Positions 13,088-25,935 of a DNA stretch of 64,000 nucleotides are shown in pieces. The translations under genes were made by a program, and so were the position numbers. The stretch's first letter is position 1, and every line of letters begins with the position of its first letter. Where the stretch lies: NCBI GenBank assembly GCA_040285825.1, contig JAUPSS010000005.1, positions 1,798,408 to 1,862,407 of the forward strand, in the 5' to 3' direction. The notes beneath the pieces were generated by a model. It saw only the letters and a program-made list of their open reading frames with translations, searched no databases and was not told the DNA's origin. The DNA comes from Eukaryota sp. TZLM1-RC (taxonomy: Eukaryota; Protista; Metamonada: BaSk clade).

Positions 13088-13854
13088 ATTCTCAATTTGA
13101 CAAGTAAATGGTTCAATAAGATTTTCAATATGTCTTTACGTTCATTACCTCTTATATTATGTTGTTCACATAAATCGAAAAATTTATCATTCAGAAGGTC
13201 TAAAATATTTTCTGGATGGTGAAACGAAGAACTCAAGCAATCTTTATCATCAACTAAAAACAAGTTTTGGAATTGACGAAGCCTAAATCTATATAGTAAA
13301 ATAATTGAGGATAATGGCGTTGAATATCCACCCAACTTGTGCATTTCTGCTAACACATTTTCCACACCTGGCTTGTCAAAATAAACAATGATAAATCGAT
13401 TAATATGTTTTTCATAATTTAATTTCAAAATATTCTAAAAATTGGCAAACAATACTGGGGCCATATACTCAGATGGTCTACTGAAACCATCAGTTGGAAA
13501 TCGTGGATACTGTTCAGGCGTGTGTCTTAAGTGATCAAGATAACTCAATGTTTTGTTTAACTTTTGTTGCTCAAAAGTAGTTCTTAAAGTTTAAACTCCT
13601 CTACCATAAACAAAGATTTCAAAATCTTGTGGAAATGCACTTCTTGGTTTTACCATTTTTTGCCCATGATAATCAGCTGAAATACAACGAATTCTGGCCA
13701 TCAAAGATTCATATAGTTTGGCAGATATTTGTGGTTGTATTAAATAACGTTCAAATCGGGACTGTAAATACATCTTCAAGCAACATGTAGTATGAATTCG
13801 TAATGGTTGATATTTTGAAGCAGTTTCTTTCAATATGGATATCACATTTGAATG

Positions 13855-14400
13855 TTAAACCATTGAGTTGACGGTGGCACGAATGGTTTTATAAGATGGC
13901 AAAATGAATTTATCTTTTTGAAACAATACAAAAAGTTTGAGACATAATACACAATCATGGAGCCCGTATTGAATCAAATTTTGTCTAAGTGAATCAGTTG
14001 CTAAACAATCAACAAATAAAATATTGATAAATTCTTGATGAAGTTTGAATTGCTTTTCACTAATCGTTTTATATGCCAGATTGCCTAAACTATAACCATA
14101 TTGTACTTTTATGAATTTTTTGGCAAATACCAGTATGTCTAAAAGAAAACAGCCATTGTTCCTGATGACAACTTCCCTCCATCTTGAAGAAAAGTGATTG
14201 AGTACATCAATTGCTGTATCATCTGGAACCGTGGGAAATGATAAACCAAAATAATTTAATCTATTTTTCAAAATCTGTGAATCAAACTGCATTAACTTGT
14301 GATTGAGACAACAATGAGGTTGATGATTACCAATAATGTTTAAAAACCTAGGAAGCAAGATTTTTTCGTAAGAAAATTTCTCCCTGAATATCCATATCAA
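13855..14400 (-). pseudogene. Possible family-B DNA polymerase 3'-5' exonuclease remnant
   Basis: QFDSQILKNRL (ExoII-like), LDIL...GYSLGNLA, LIQYGLHDCVLCLKLF (ExoIII-like YxxxD). Confidence 0.45.
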
Positions 14401-14539
14401 TGTCTGGTAATCTGCTGACTTGAGGACTCATTCTCAAAATAAGTGAATATTTACTCTTTGAAAAGAAATTATGGCAGTCAAATCGTCCAAAAACAATGAA
14501 AATTAAAAAGATTTTTTTGATCTGAATTTTTTTGAAATA

Positions 14540-17500
14540 TTTTTTTATTTAACAAAAAATATGAGATACACAATTAAAACTCCACATCCTCAAAACCTGC
14601 CTCCCCTACATCAAAAAAATTAATTGCTAAAGATTCAGAAAATTTCCCAAAAGAAGATAGTGAATCAGAAATTAGTTTTACCATTCCCTTAAAAATAGAA
14701 AATACAATCCTGTTTTGCCAATAAACACGATTGAAAATTCTTCTAGTTCTTTCCTTTACAACTATAACAAAATTCTCAAGGAAAGCAATAGCAGCCTTAC
14801 CTAGAGATCCAAGCAATGAAACAACAAAGGGACATAAATTATATTGGGCATGAGAATTTTCATTAACCGAGGAAATGGGTTACGTATATTTAGCAATTTT
14901 ATATTTTTCGCCTGCAAGAAGAGGATTATTTACATCGGAGTTAATGAGATGTTCGTTAGAGGAATTACAAGGATCAATAGACATGGCGTCCAAAATAGTA
15001 AAACTACCATTTAAACCAGGAACAACTAGATCACCTCTTGTCAGACCCATGGATGCTCTGTTGTAATGCGTACTATCAATATTGGGATCATCAAGAATTA
15101 ATTTTGATAACAACGGCTCTAAAAAGGAATCTACTCGATATGATTTGCACATTACATAAATTTGGTCCCTGACGTTATTATACACTTTGCTTCTAAACGT
15201 AATGAAATGTTTACAGTTCAAAAGATGAGTAAACAAAAGAGGTTTACCACATTTACAAGTTAAATGATTGGGCAAATTGTTTGGCCACAGAAAACAACGA
15301 AAACGCATGTTTAGAAGCCATTCATTGTTTTTTAAACAAAAGTCCATAAACAGAGGGAACTTGAGTTACTAAAGCAGCAGCTGAACTATCACGAATATCC
15401 TTTAAAAAATTACCGAAAGCGGGATTTTTAGTTTTGGCCAAGCCAAGTCTTACTTCGTAATGCAAGCCTTCATATAATTTAACCAGATGGTGCTGAAGCT
15501 TTTTCAAGCAAAAACGTAAATTTGGAAGTGATCGGGTGGGAATTTCTTGAACATTTTGAGGAAAACACTGAATCCAGATATCACTAGGCAAATTATCTTA
15601 TTCGATTTGAAGTTGATTCAAATAAAAATTTGATTCACCATGGATCAGATGAACATCATAAGGAAACCTTGGAAAAAATTCAAAAACAAAATATTTTCCA
15701 CCTCCTAAAAAAGCTGCTTTACATAAAATCGAAGATTTCGTGAAACCAATTCCACCTAAATCAGTAGAACAAAAAACATGACTTCGAATTAAAGATTCAT
15801 TTACCTCCAATAATGAGGAAAAAAATTTGACCCGAAGTTTGTTGAAGGATCTACAAAAATCAAGAGACACTGAAGGAGGAGTTGACCTTAAAATATGAGT
15901 GAATTTTCCAGAATAACAAATTTTTAAAATGAAAAATTTGATGTGTTTTTCAATATCAAATTCAGCAATAAAACTAAGATCCTTGTCAAAATTTTCCAAT
16001 AAATTGTTCAATTGGGAATAAATTTCATCCAAATTACCTAACCAACATCCAAGAAACTTGAACGCTTGTTGTTCATAATTAATGAAAGGAATTTGAACAT
16101 CATCAATCAATAGAGATTGTTTTGTTCTTCCAATCAAGAGGCATTTTGTGGGATTCAAGGCTAATCCAATGTCTTTGTATTTCGCAGCAATGCCTTCAGA
16201 AACCCTACAAATGCTTTCATAAGAACCAATAATCGAAATGTCATCCATATAAGCAACAATACGTAACTCAGGGAATTCTTTCTGGGTCAATTCAATAGTA
16301 TCATGAATAGCCAAACAAACAAGCAATGGACCAAGAGGATCACCTTGTTTGACACCAGAAAAGATTCAAGGGTAAAGGTGTCAAAGATTAAGTCCGACTT
16401 TTTTCCATATAATAAGTAAAAATAGGCTGAAAGTTCTGGAAATTTTTGAAGAAGGACATCGTAAATGCAATTACGTTTTACTGAATCAAAGGCATTTTTA
16501 AAGTCCAAATTGAAAATATATTGATGTTGCTGACTATTGAAAAAACATCTGAAGTCATTGAGGCAACCGATGCACCTTCAATAGTTTTAATGCCAAATTG
16601 AAAAGGTTTCAAATAGTCCCTTGCCTTAGTAGAAATTCTATTGAAAATAATAGAAGAACGCAACCTGGTTAAAGACTCTCCAATAGCAATTGGTCTAACT
16701 CCATCGGGTTTGTTACTTTATCCTGGTTTAACTAAAGCAACTAACCGGGCAGCAGTCAATTCAGGCGGAGGAACATAATTCAAAGACATTAAACTTTGAA
16801 AATAAATGGCAAGATCCTCAAAAATTTCTGGAGTATTTTTACAAGCAGTTTTTAACAAATCAAAAGAAATGCCTGAGGAACCAGCAGCTTTTCCTTTTGG
16901 CAATTTAGCAATAGCATTGAATACTTCTTGAGCCTGAAAAGGATTTTCGAGCCAATATTCACAAATTGGCGGCTTAAGTGGGCAAAAATTTTCAGTTGGA
17001 TGAAGCGCTTTCAGTTTTTCAACAGTTTCATAATTATTATCAGCCAACTTACCTGAAAAATATTTTTTAAACCACTTCCATATCTACCTCTCAAGAACAA
17101 TTTTCTTGATTGAAACGATGAACTGGTTTTACTTTTTTTCGGTTTGTAATTAATTGATTTTTTATTCTTTTTGGCAAAGAATTTCCAAAATCGTGTTATG
17201 TTCCATTTGTTTGAATTTAATTGAAAAAAACGCATTTCCATTGACACAGGAACAGATCTGACAGGACTCACCTCTACAAGAATTTTAACAGGTCCACGAA
17301 GAGAATCACTTGTTTGACAGTCAAAACAAAACAAGAGAGGGCGACCATTGGAAGAATTAGAGAGGAACTTTTTGCAAAAAGGACAATTATGTTTCAAGAC
17401 AATATCCGTAGGATCAGGAGCAACAGTTTTTGGTAAATGTGTTTGATCAATATTTAAATCATAATTAACATCATCAGCAGAAACATTGGGAACAAGAGGA

Positions 17501-17950
17501 AGATTTAGTGCGGATGACGTTTGCAAACAATTAACAATAGAAATATTTGTTTTCAGTCTCACTTTTTCGGTAATAATATCAGGACATTTTCTAATGTTGT
17601 GACCAACCTTGCCACATTTGGAACAGGTATGTCTTCTTTTTTGCACTTTTTCAGGTGTAACATCAGGGGCATCACACAAAGGCAAAAACTCTTTTTTAAA
17701 AAATTTCAAATCTGAAATTTACTCATTCTTTTGCTCATCAGTTTTTCTTTTCAAAGGATTTGCATACTCTTTTCTCTTTTTGTTGAAAATCTTGTCAGGA
17801 GGGAGAAATTGGCCATCATGAGTTTGGTAAAAATGACCACACTGATAGGTTCCAAGATCAAAGCACATAACAGTGAAAAGACTTTGACTTGGGGTCATTG
17901 ATTTGAATTGAATCAAAGAATGAAGCCACTAAAACTTGGCTCAACTTTTT
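14540..17950 (-). mobile_element. Near full-length, frameshifted CRE-like (RLE) non-LTR retrotransposon
   Basis: Ordered motifs: CSKCGKVGHNIRKC, KALHP, KAAGSSG, LVALVKP, FQFGI, DFKNAFDSV, QGDPLGP, AYMDD, GGIG, CKC..H...C, RGDLVVP..D, K..KY. The 5' boundary is approximate. Confidence 0.9.
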
Positions 17951-19534
17951 TGACCATACTCGGTTTCAATTGTGTCTTTGCCAAAATTTTCCTGTTCTCG
18001 ATATTCAACATTGTACTTTCAATACCAATTTCTCGGTTCAGTGTTTTTTGTTTTTTTACGCTGAAGCTTTGAAGTTTGTTGGTCAAAAATCGCTTTTCTA
18101 CTTATTGTTAATGGAAGAGTTGATTTACAATTCGATCTTCTCTTTTTGCGACCAGAATTTGCTTAAACATCTTCATCCATTGTTAAATCAACAGAAAGTA
18201 ATTTTGTTGATAGAAGATGTTGGAAGCTACTGGATACAAAACATAAATTATCAACATAATCATCAAACTCAACATTATCAAAATAACAATTTAAGACACA
18301 ACATCCCAGAATTACAATACAAGTACCTAAACCACAACCAACAACAAACTCAAAAACATCAAAATAACAATTCAAAACAAAAAGCATACAACAACAACAA
18401 CACATATTTAAGGTAATTATGACCATGGCTGATTCAACAGCACCCATAGCATGACTCACATGAGGTCTCAAAAAAGTCATGTATTCTACCCCCATGGAAG
18501 GATCAGAACGACGATTCCAATAGGAAATCGAGGCTTTGACATTCCGTTTATTTTTGTAAAGCAGGATGACTGTTCTCGACTGAGGAGTTCTGGATGAAGT
18601 ATTCTGCTGTTCTGCGAAGATCAGGTTGAAGGAGGAAATGGGAACTGAGTCCGTTACCTCGTTATCCTTTTTCTTCTTTTGCTGCATGATGTTAGAAGAA
18701 TGTGAAATGTTAGAAGAATCTCGCTGAGAGATGTCTGACATGCTGATTGCATTTTCAAAATGATTGCTAATTTCCACAATGGTATCTAATTCGTATCTCT
18801 ATCAGTGGTCATCAGCATCATCTTGATTTACCTTCTAGCTGTTTTGGTCAACTCTTTGTTTTTAGCCAGCTTCCTTCTTCTTCCTTTAGCTATTGTTCTT
18901 TTCCCATTGAATGGACATCATTTCAACCGATTTATTACTCCCCAGATAATGTTGATACGTGATATAACATGACATGTTGTTGTGGTTTAGGGCCTTGACA
19001 AGATAATAGACCTTCCACCACAAGACTCACAGCTTTGATGTACTTTTGTATTGTCATTTTTTTAAATCAAATCACATTGATGTATTTAAGTTTCTCAGTT
19101 TTTTCTCTTTGTGTCACTTATTTCTTTTGATCAGTGGTTTCCGCTGTAGCTGACACGTTATGATGTCAACCTTTATCACATTCTACCACATTGAGAAATT
19201 TACCCTTCTTCTGCTAAACTTGATAATTATAAATAACTCACTTTTACATTTTGTTCACAATAGAGTCTTTCTCATCTGAATCAATTCGTTTTATAAGTGT
19301 TGTATTTGTGTATATGTTTAGGGAACTCAAGATTTGCAACGTTCTGGTGAAATGAAATAAAAATTTATGGAATATCCGGAATGTAATCTAAGGATCAGTC
19401 ACCAGAGAAAAATAATTTACGGAATTCAAAAAATTTGTTGAAGGTCAATAAAAAACCATCAAGACAAACAAAAATCACATGAAACTGATTCGTAACTTTT
19501 TGGAATACAAAACGTATTGTTCAAAAAAATGTTT

Positions 19535-21247
19535 TGATGCCGTAGGTTGGACAAGTGGGGTTTAGATAATGATAATGAGGAAAAGTTGATTTATTTTCTA
19601 ATCATAACATATAAGCCTTAGGGCGCCAACACTGCTTCTTTCCTTTTTCAAAATAAATCAGCTTACATGAATACGAAACAAAACTATAACAAATAACTAA
19701 ATAATTATAAATACTAAGAACTTAATACTGAATTCCACTGTTTTCTATTGTCTACAATTATCTTTGTAGTGATTGGGATTCGCACAAACACTAATTTTAC
19801 ATTTTTAAGATCGACAATGGATGTACTATGACTCTCCTACAATAAGTAAAAAGGGCCTAGTTTCAAAGTCTGTGTGGTTGAGTACTTTGTTGTGTATGTT
19901 TTAATCGCTACATAAAGACACTTTGCTTCTTCCCTTTTTCGTAAACGAGAAACGTGGTAGTGTCGTTTAGAAAAGGTATCATGGAATCGAAGAATGGATT
20001 CGTTAATGATCATGCAGGGTCAATGTTGGATCAAAAACAACAGTAAGCAAAGTAACAAACCTCAGAAACCCGAAGGCGGCGTCTTTTGTTGTTAAAATAC
20101 TGGCTTTAGGACTAAAAATATCAGAGGAGCAAGGACCGTATCTTTGCATTGTAGTACAATAACAGTGGAGGTGGAGTTTCTACTCGTAACCTCGTATTTG
20201 GTCGACTTTTCTCGTTTCTGGTTCCATAAGGAAGGGAGCTGCTCGAATGGATCAGAGTCCATTGATTCGAGGTAAGCCTCCGCGTCCTTGTTAAAAGTTT
20301 GTAGAATCCATCACTGGAGCCATCTTCCCCTTCTGTGGTATGTACTCTCCTGAAGGGTGATTATGTAAAATGGGATTTCCATCCGTTTCTTTACTAGATG
20401 CTACATTAGGGAGGAGAGAGGGAACTGGGCTGTTCTCGTGGCCTCCTCTGACTCTTCTAGGTTTTACTTCCTTTGTGAGGGGAGAGGGAACCGGGTCCGT
20501 CCTCTTAAACTCTGTTAGGGTCTCTCTTATAGCCCAAAGTTTGAAATCCAACGTTTCTTCCTATCTTTGGAATTTGCTTCCATAAAGGAGGGACCTGCTC
20601 AAACAAACAGTAATCTGTAGGTTCGAGGTGAGCCTCCGCGTCCTTCATTATTTGTTGGCGAAGTTTTTTCTCTTCGTCATCCAATTTGTCTAAGACGGAT
20701 TGAAGTTCTTCGTATCCTTTTAGGAAAGACGAAGTTTCTGAACTTGACCCAACATTTGTGTTTTTTGGTGAGGAGGGGGGTGGTCCCGTTCCTGAAACCT
20801 TTTGCGGCTTGTTGTACTTGGAAGAGGCGGGAGGTGGTTCCGAGCCTGGTACCTTTATATCGGACTTGGAAGAAACGGGAGGTGGTTCCGTACCTGATTC
20901 CATGGGCTTTCTTTGAGAAGGAGCGGAGGGTGGTCTCGAGCTTGAGTCCTCATCTATATTCGTCTTTACTACTTTTCCTGTTGATGTATGTATGCTGAAA
21001 GCATCCCTGGCGTGTTCCTGCATGTTAATTTTAAAGAAGTCAGTGCTCTGGCTGGGAGGAACTGACATGATATCTGCTAAAGATATCCTCTGTAAAAAGG
21101 CTGTGTGTTGTCAAAGTGGTATACCTATAACCTAAATGGCCAATAATTATTGATGGCGTACTTTGGAAAAGTGGGGTTAAGATAAAGATAATGAAGAAAA
21201 GTTGATTTATTTTCTAATCATAACATATAAGCCTTAGGGCGCCAACA
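19535..21247 (-). mobile_element. TRIM-like non-autonomous LTR element with 97-bp LTRs
   Basis: Direct repeats 19535-19631 and 21151-21247 with TG...CA ends; 5-bp TSD TGTTT/TATTT (1 mismatch); purine tract AAAAAGGAAAGAAGCAG on the minus strand abutting the 3' LTR; no gag/pol motifs inside. Confidence 0.8.
20291..21068 (-). CDS. Pro/Ser-rich ORF(s) inside the TRIM-like element (frameshifted near 20520)
   Basis: 187-aa and 86-aa overlapping ORFs with GTEPPPVSSK/GSEPPPASSK/GTGPPPSSPK repeats. Confidence 0.4.
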
Positions 21248-21658
21248 TATTTGTTAAATTTTCACTTTGCACCATCACTTGCAGTAAAGATGGTTTTTAA
21301 GATGAATTTTTTTAAATCAAAATGATATGGCTGCGCTGTGTGGGTGGTTTTTGGCAAAAAGTGGTGAGATGTTGATGAATTTACATGTGGTTTTATTGGT
21401 CATGAATGAATGGCTGTTCACACTAATCAAACCTCTTCGTCCTAGATTTCATCATCGTCAGATGCGTCCATCAACATGGAATCGGCGAGATCTTCATTGT
21501 ACTGATTGTAAACAGAATTAACAATGGCAGGATCATCAACAACGGAATAACTTGACAGATCGTTCATATAATCAGCTTTCAACAATACTAGTTCTTCACG
21601 ACGGTGGTCAGATGGATTCTATTTCCACATCATTTTAAATTTCTTAAATGTTAGGCTT

Positions 21659-21885
21659 TTCAAAATAGACGATAGCTATGAGGTTTTTGGTTTCCTTGGC
21701 CGTGGTTCTCATGGTGATGTGCTATATGGTATAGAGTGCGTCACAAACAAGGAGGTTGCAATAAAGACTGTTAGGAAATCATCTAGGCATCGTTGTTTTG
21801 ATACACTGAGCCGTGAAATAGCATTTCCGAGAAAGTTAGACCATCCCAATACACTTAAGCTTCATGACGTCATCACACTGAGCTC
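21659..21885 (+). pseudogene. Ser/Thr protein kinase N-lobe fragment
   Basis: YEVFGFLGRGSHGDV...EVAIK...REI...LDHPN.LKLHDV; no catalytic loop follows. Confidence 0.75.
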
Positions 21886-22634
21886 TTTTTATTTATTTTA
21901 TTATGGTTAAATCGTGTCTTTTGATTTCCAACTTGTCATTTTTCAACTACAAGCTCATATGAGTACAATCCCAGGACGGTGATCAGAATTCACAGTATAT
22001 AAAACTCATGTCCTACAGTTATGTAGTTCCGTAGTTTGAAACATGATTGTCCATACAAAGGAGTAGCTCCAGGTTCTCCTCAATATTGGATTGCAACATA
22101 TTGAATGTGTATTGGTGATGACTGGTAATGTTGACAAATTTGTGTATTACTAGTGACATCTAATAACCCAATGTTGCTGCCCATGTGGTATCCAGATACA
22201 TAGATTGCTGCATGAAAGGTAACACTGAGAGTTGTATAGATTAAATCACAGTCATGAAATGAACAAATACACCATAACATTATTTACACAAACGCTATCT
22301 ATCTACGATTCATTATGAATCAAAGATACCTATAGAATATCGGGTTTCACATTTGTAATTGTGAAGGTAGGCAAGTGGTTTAAATATCCATAAGCACAAC
22401 CGACCAAAGAACAAAGAAATGATACGATGGAGCTAGAACTACCTAAAACCTGAGGTAAGATGGTTCAAAAACAAGCAGAATCAGATAGCCAAGAGTAGTG
22501 GTCATCAAATGTTCTAACAACATAAGACACAAAGTCGCGAAACCATATCTCTCATTCATCACGATATAATAACAGTTGGAGACACATACAATGAAGGAAA
22601 AGAAAAGTGAAAAATTCTTTTCATTTTGCGTCAT

Positions 22635-22780
22635 GTGTGAGGTTTTTCAATCGAATAAGAGAAGCTTTAGCTAGACAGCAAGCAGATCAAGATTTTGTAG
22701 AGGAAATCTTGGTTCAATGATAGTCGTCCCATTAGTTATGAGTGAATTTAATTAAGTGTGCAAATTCAATAAATACATTG
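22635..22780 (+). mobile_element. Short 5'-truncated LINE 3'-end insertion with 11-bp TSD
   Basis: 22641-22773 is near-identical (3 differences seen) to 11079-11211; flanked by TTTTGCGTCAT at 22624-22634 and 22781-22791. Confidence 0.75.
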
Positions 22781-22887
22781 TTTTGCGTCATTCAAAACCA
22801 TTGTTTTTGAAGATGGACTCAATATACCTGCTGTGAGCCAAGGTTGATGAACATTAAAAAGAGTTGTTGAAATCTTGTAAAATCCTC

Positions 22888-23040
22888 AGTCACCCAAAAA
22901 CCTTGAGCACGTGTTTCTGTATTACAAAAAAGCTGCTCATTTGGGAAACAGGGATGCAATGTATATTTTGAATCTGGCTTATGAATTAGGCCAGGGTGTT
23001 GTCCGAGATCAGCAAATGGTACAACAGACGCTATTCATGA
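22888..23040 (+). pseudogene. Sel1-like repeat fragment
   Basis: PKNLEHVFLYYKKAAHLGNRDAMYILNLAYELGQGVVRD matches the SEL1 consensus. Confidence 0.6.
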
Positions 23041-23512
23041 GGTGATTATTTGTTGATGTATTGCAAATATTTTTTATTAAATGAATAAATTTGGTTGTTT
23101 TAAATTATGATGGTTTATGTCAATTCCTTCAATGTAGCAATACGACATTTTAACAACATTTCATATATTTTCCTCTAGAAAAGGTTCACTGTCATCTAGG
23201 AGGGTTCATTACCCAACTACTGACACATGATATAATTAAAAATACCAAAAACTATCAGAAAACTGCGGTTCATTTTGGGAGTGATACTATTTATGGAATT
23301 TTGTGATCTTCCCTTTCCCTTACTTGGGTAATCTCATTTTGCTCAACTTAAAAGGACAAGTTTTGGCAACACTTCTTCCTTGTGAGGTTCCAATGTCACT
23401 AAACCTACTCAGACATTTCTAACCTTGGGATTAAGTTTAGCACAACAAAATCACTTCCATTAATTTTCCCAAATTATTCGAACATAGAAAATAAATCCTA
23501 TTATACAATAAT

Positions 23513-23830
23513 TTATTTTTTCTTGACTTCCAAATCATGAACCAGTAACAACTCCATATCGTCGATTCTCGCCAAAGGATTGGTGGTGGTGTTGATCTCA
23601 GAATTACGCCTTTCCAACTGAACAACAAAAACACCAGAAATAAACAGAAACGAACCAAACACTTGAAGAAACTTGAATAAAAATGAAACATCCTCCCATT
23701 CGTTTCGCACAGTGATTCCAGCCAAAAGACCAAAGAAGGGTAACATGTAACCGACAAGAGTTTGGCGCACTGCTCCAATAGTTTTCAAAAGATAAAAATA
23801 GAGACCATAAGCGCAACAACTAGCAAAGAG
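23513..23830 (-). CDS. EamA/DMT-like membrane transporter C-terminal part (upstream portion disrupted or intron-containing)
   Basis: IGAVRQTLVGYMLPFFGLLAG...FGSFLFISGVFVVQ fits the last helices of the DMT fold. Confidence 0.45.
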   Translation of the reverse strand, partial: LFASCCAYGLYFYLLKTIGAVRQTLVGYMLPFFGLLAGITVRNEWEDVSFLFKFLQVFGSFLFISGVFVVQLERRNSEINTTTNPLARIDDMELLLVHDLEVKKK

Positions 23831-24399
23831 TGCAACATAGAAAACAGAAATGATTGCTGGTTGAGATGCATTTCGTATCTGGTCTAAAAACTAAGGCAGG
23901 GTAACCAAAAAAGCAAACGATCCCAGCTTCATAAATTGAGGCAAAGACACATACTTGAATGTAACTTGAAGAGAGCTGCAAAGTAACTGCTAAGGCTCCA
24001 GGTACCTTTTGAAGGTACTTCTGCCCAAAAACTGAAGCAAAACCATAACTTGCACAAGCTAGTGGTACAAGGAAGTCAGGAAGTCAGGAAGCCAAACCAC
24101 ATCCCTTTCATCAGTTATCAATGCATGTTTTGAAATGTAAACTCAATTGGAATGTATGCACAGTAACCAAAATAAAGTGGGAAAACTAGCAGGTAAACTG
24201 TCGAAAACAAGTGAAGTTACTCAATTACTATGGGATTCAGCTTTACTGATTTCAAATTGGGAGTTTGAGGTTCTTTCTCCGAAAAAAATCAACAATTTTT
24301 CTGAAAGCACCATAAAATCACAAAACAAAGTGTTTAAAAAGTCGTAAAAGTTTCTCGAAAAAATTTTGAGGACGAAAAACTCAACTATCCCGAAGAAGC

Positions 24400-25922
24400 G
24401 TTATATGTTTTTGATAGTATGATTGTAACCATTGGACATTCTGTCTCAATTCAATTTAGAAGAAGAGATTTGTTTGAGAAAAAATACACAACAAAACAAC
24501 AACAAACTGAAGATGATTACTTGAGTAACCTATCAATGGAAAAAGTAGCATCCTTAAATTCTAGAAAATTATTCGCTGTAGATTCAAATGAATATGATTT
24601 GATTCATGCTGTTTCCAAGAAATTAAACCATTGTAAATGTTGCAACCAATTTTCAATCGTAAAAGATGAAGTAGAGCTGGATGACGAAACAAACCAAAGA
24701 AAAAAGCACAAAAAGGGTATTCATACTATTGACTCATCTTTTACTCAAGGTGAACGAAATGTTTTTTGGTCTTCTCAAACATTAGAAAGATACAAAGAAG
24801 CGGCAAGATGAATATTTCTTCAACGGAGAAATGGTGTTGGAGTAAGTGTAAGTGTCAAGGAAATTTTCAAAAAAAATTCTGATTCTCAAATGAAAAAACA
24901 ATCAAAATCAACCAACTTAGATGAATTTTGTGAGTAAATTAATGCAAAAGAAATATTTGGAATAAAAACTTGGAATTTATTTATCCAAATACAATATCGA
25001 AAAGAAAAATTCTCCCAACACGAGAAAAAACAAAAAGGTGTTATCAGGTTGATTCGTAAAATTGAACAAAAGTGTGGTGAACCTGGGGATTGTATGATAG
25101 TCATTGGCGATTGGAGTAAAGAGTCTGGATTAAAAAGGAAAGGAAAGTATCCATCTAAAGGAACAAGTATAAGAAAAGTATTGAGACAAGCCGGTTACCT
25201 TGTATATTTAGTCAATGAGGCATATACTTCAAAAAGATACCATAATTGTGCTAGAAAGGATACAGATGGAGAAAACACGAAAACTTCCTATGAATACGAT
25301 GATCCCAACTTTACGAAAAAACTAAACTCAACTAGACAGGATATTCATGTCACAGGGAAAAACGGAATTTAAAGACAGATTCAAATAATGCAAAAAAAGT
25401 AAAAAAGAAGTAAAAGAAAAATTGGAAGAAGCAATGATAAGGGTAGAAACAGTGGCAAAAATGCGTAAGAGTGAACAAGGAAGTCTAGCAATTAGAGAAT
25501 TAGTTGGAGAATTGAAAAATACCACCGACAAGAGAATAACAAAACGTATTTCAAAGCTTTTGGAAAAGGATGAATTAGGCAACTATAAGGTTCGACAAGT
25601 AGTTCCATGGGGTCTAAGGCAATGTAATCAATACAAAACGTTCCGGAATCGAGATAAAAATTCTGCTATAAATAATCATTGGTTGGCTGAAGACATTTTG
25701 GCTGGAAGAGAGAGAGATCAGAGGTGTTCAAGAGACAACAGTCTCAAACCAATGTTATTGAACCCATTGATGAAAGTCAGAGAAATGTTGATAAGGATTT
25801 TGAAGGTGATGGTACATCAATGAGTCCGAATCAACAAACAAACCTCAATACATTATCACGAGTAGTGAATGCGAAAGTTGAGAAACAATGTATAGTTTTG
25901 GAAAAGTAACTTAAAACTTTCA
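24400..25922 (+). pseudogene. Fanzor-like nuclease pseudogene with a large insertion in the Zn-finger region
   Basis: FAVDSNEYDLI (RuvC-I-like), IVIGDWS..GTSIRKVLRQAGYLVYLVNEAYTSK, PWGLRQCNQ..NRDKNSAIN; multiple stops and frameshifts. Confidence 0.8.
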
Positions 25923-25935
25923 CCCATTATTATAA

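Noticed and set aside
18163-18777. 204-aa ORF and opposite-strand Q/N-rich ORF
   Set aside because: Largely explained by a degenerate CAA-rich duplication; no domain recognised.
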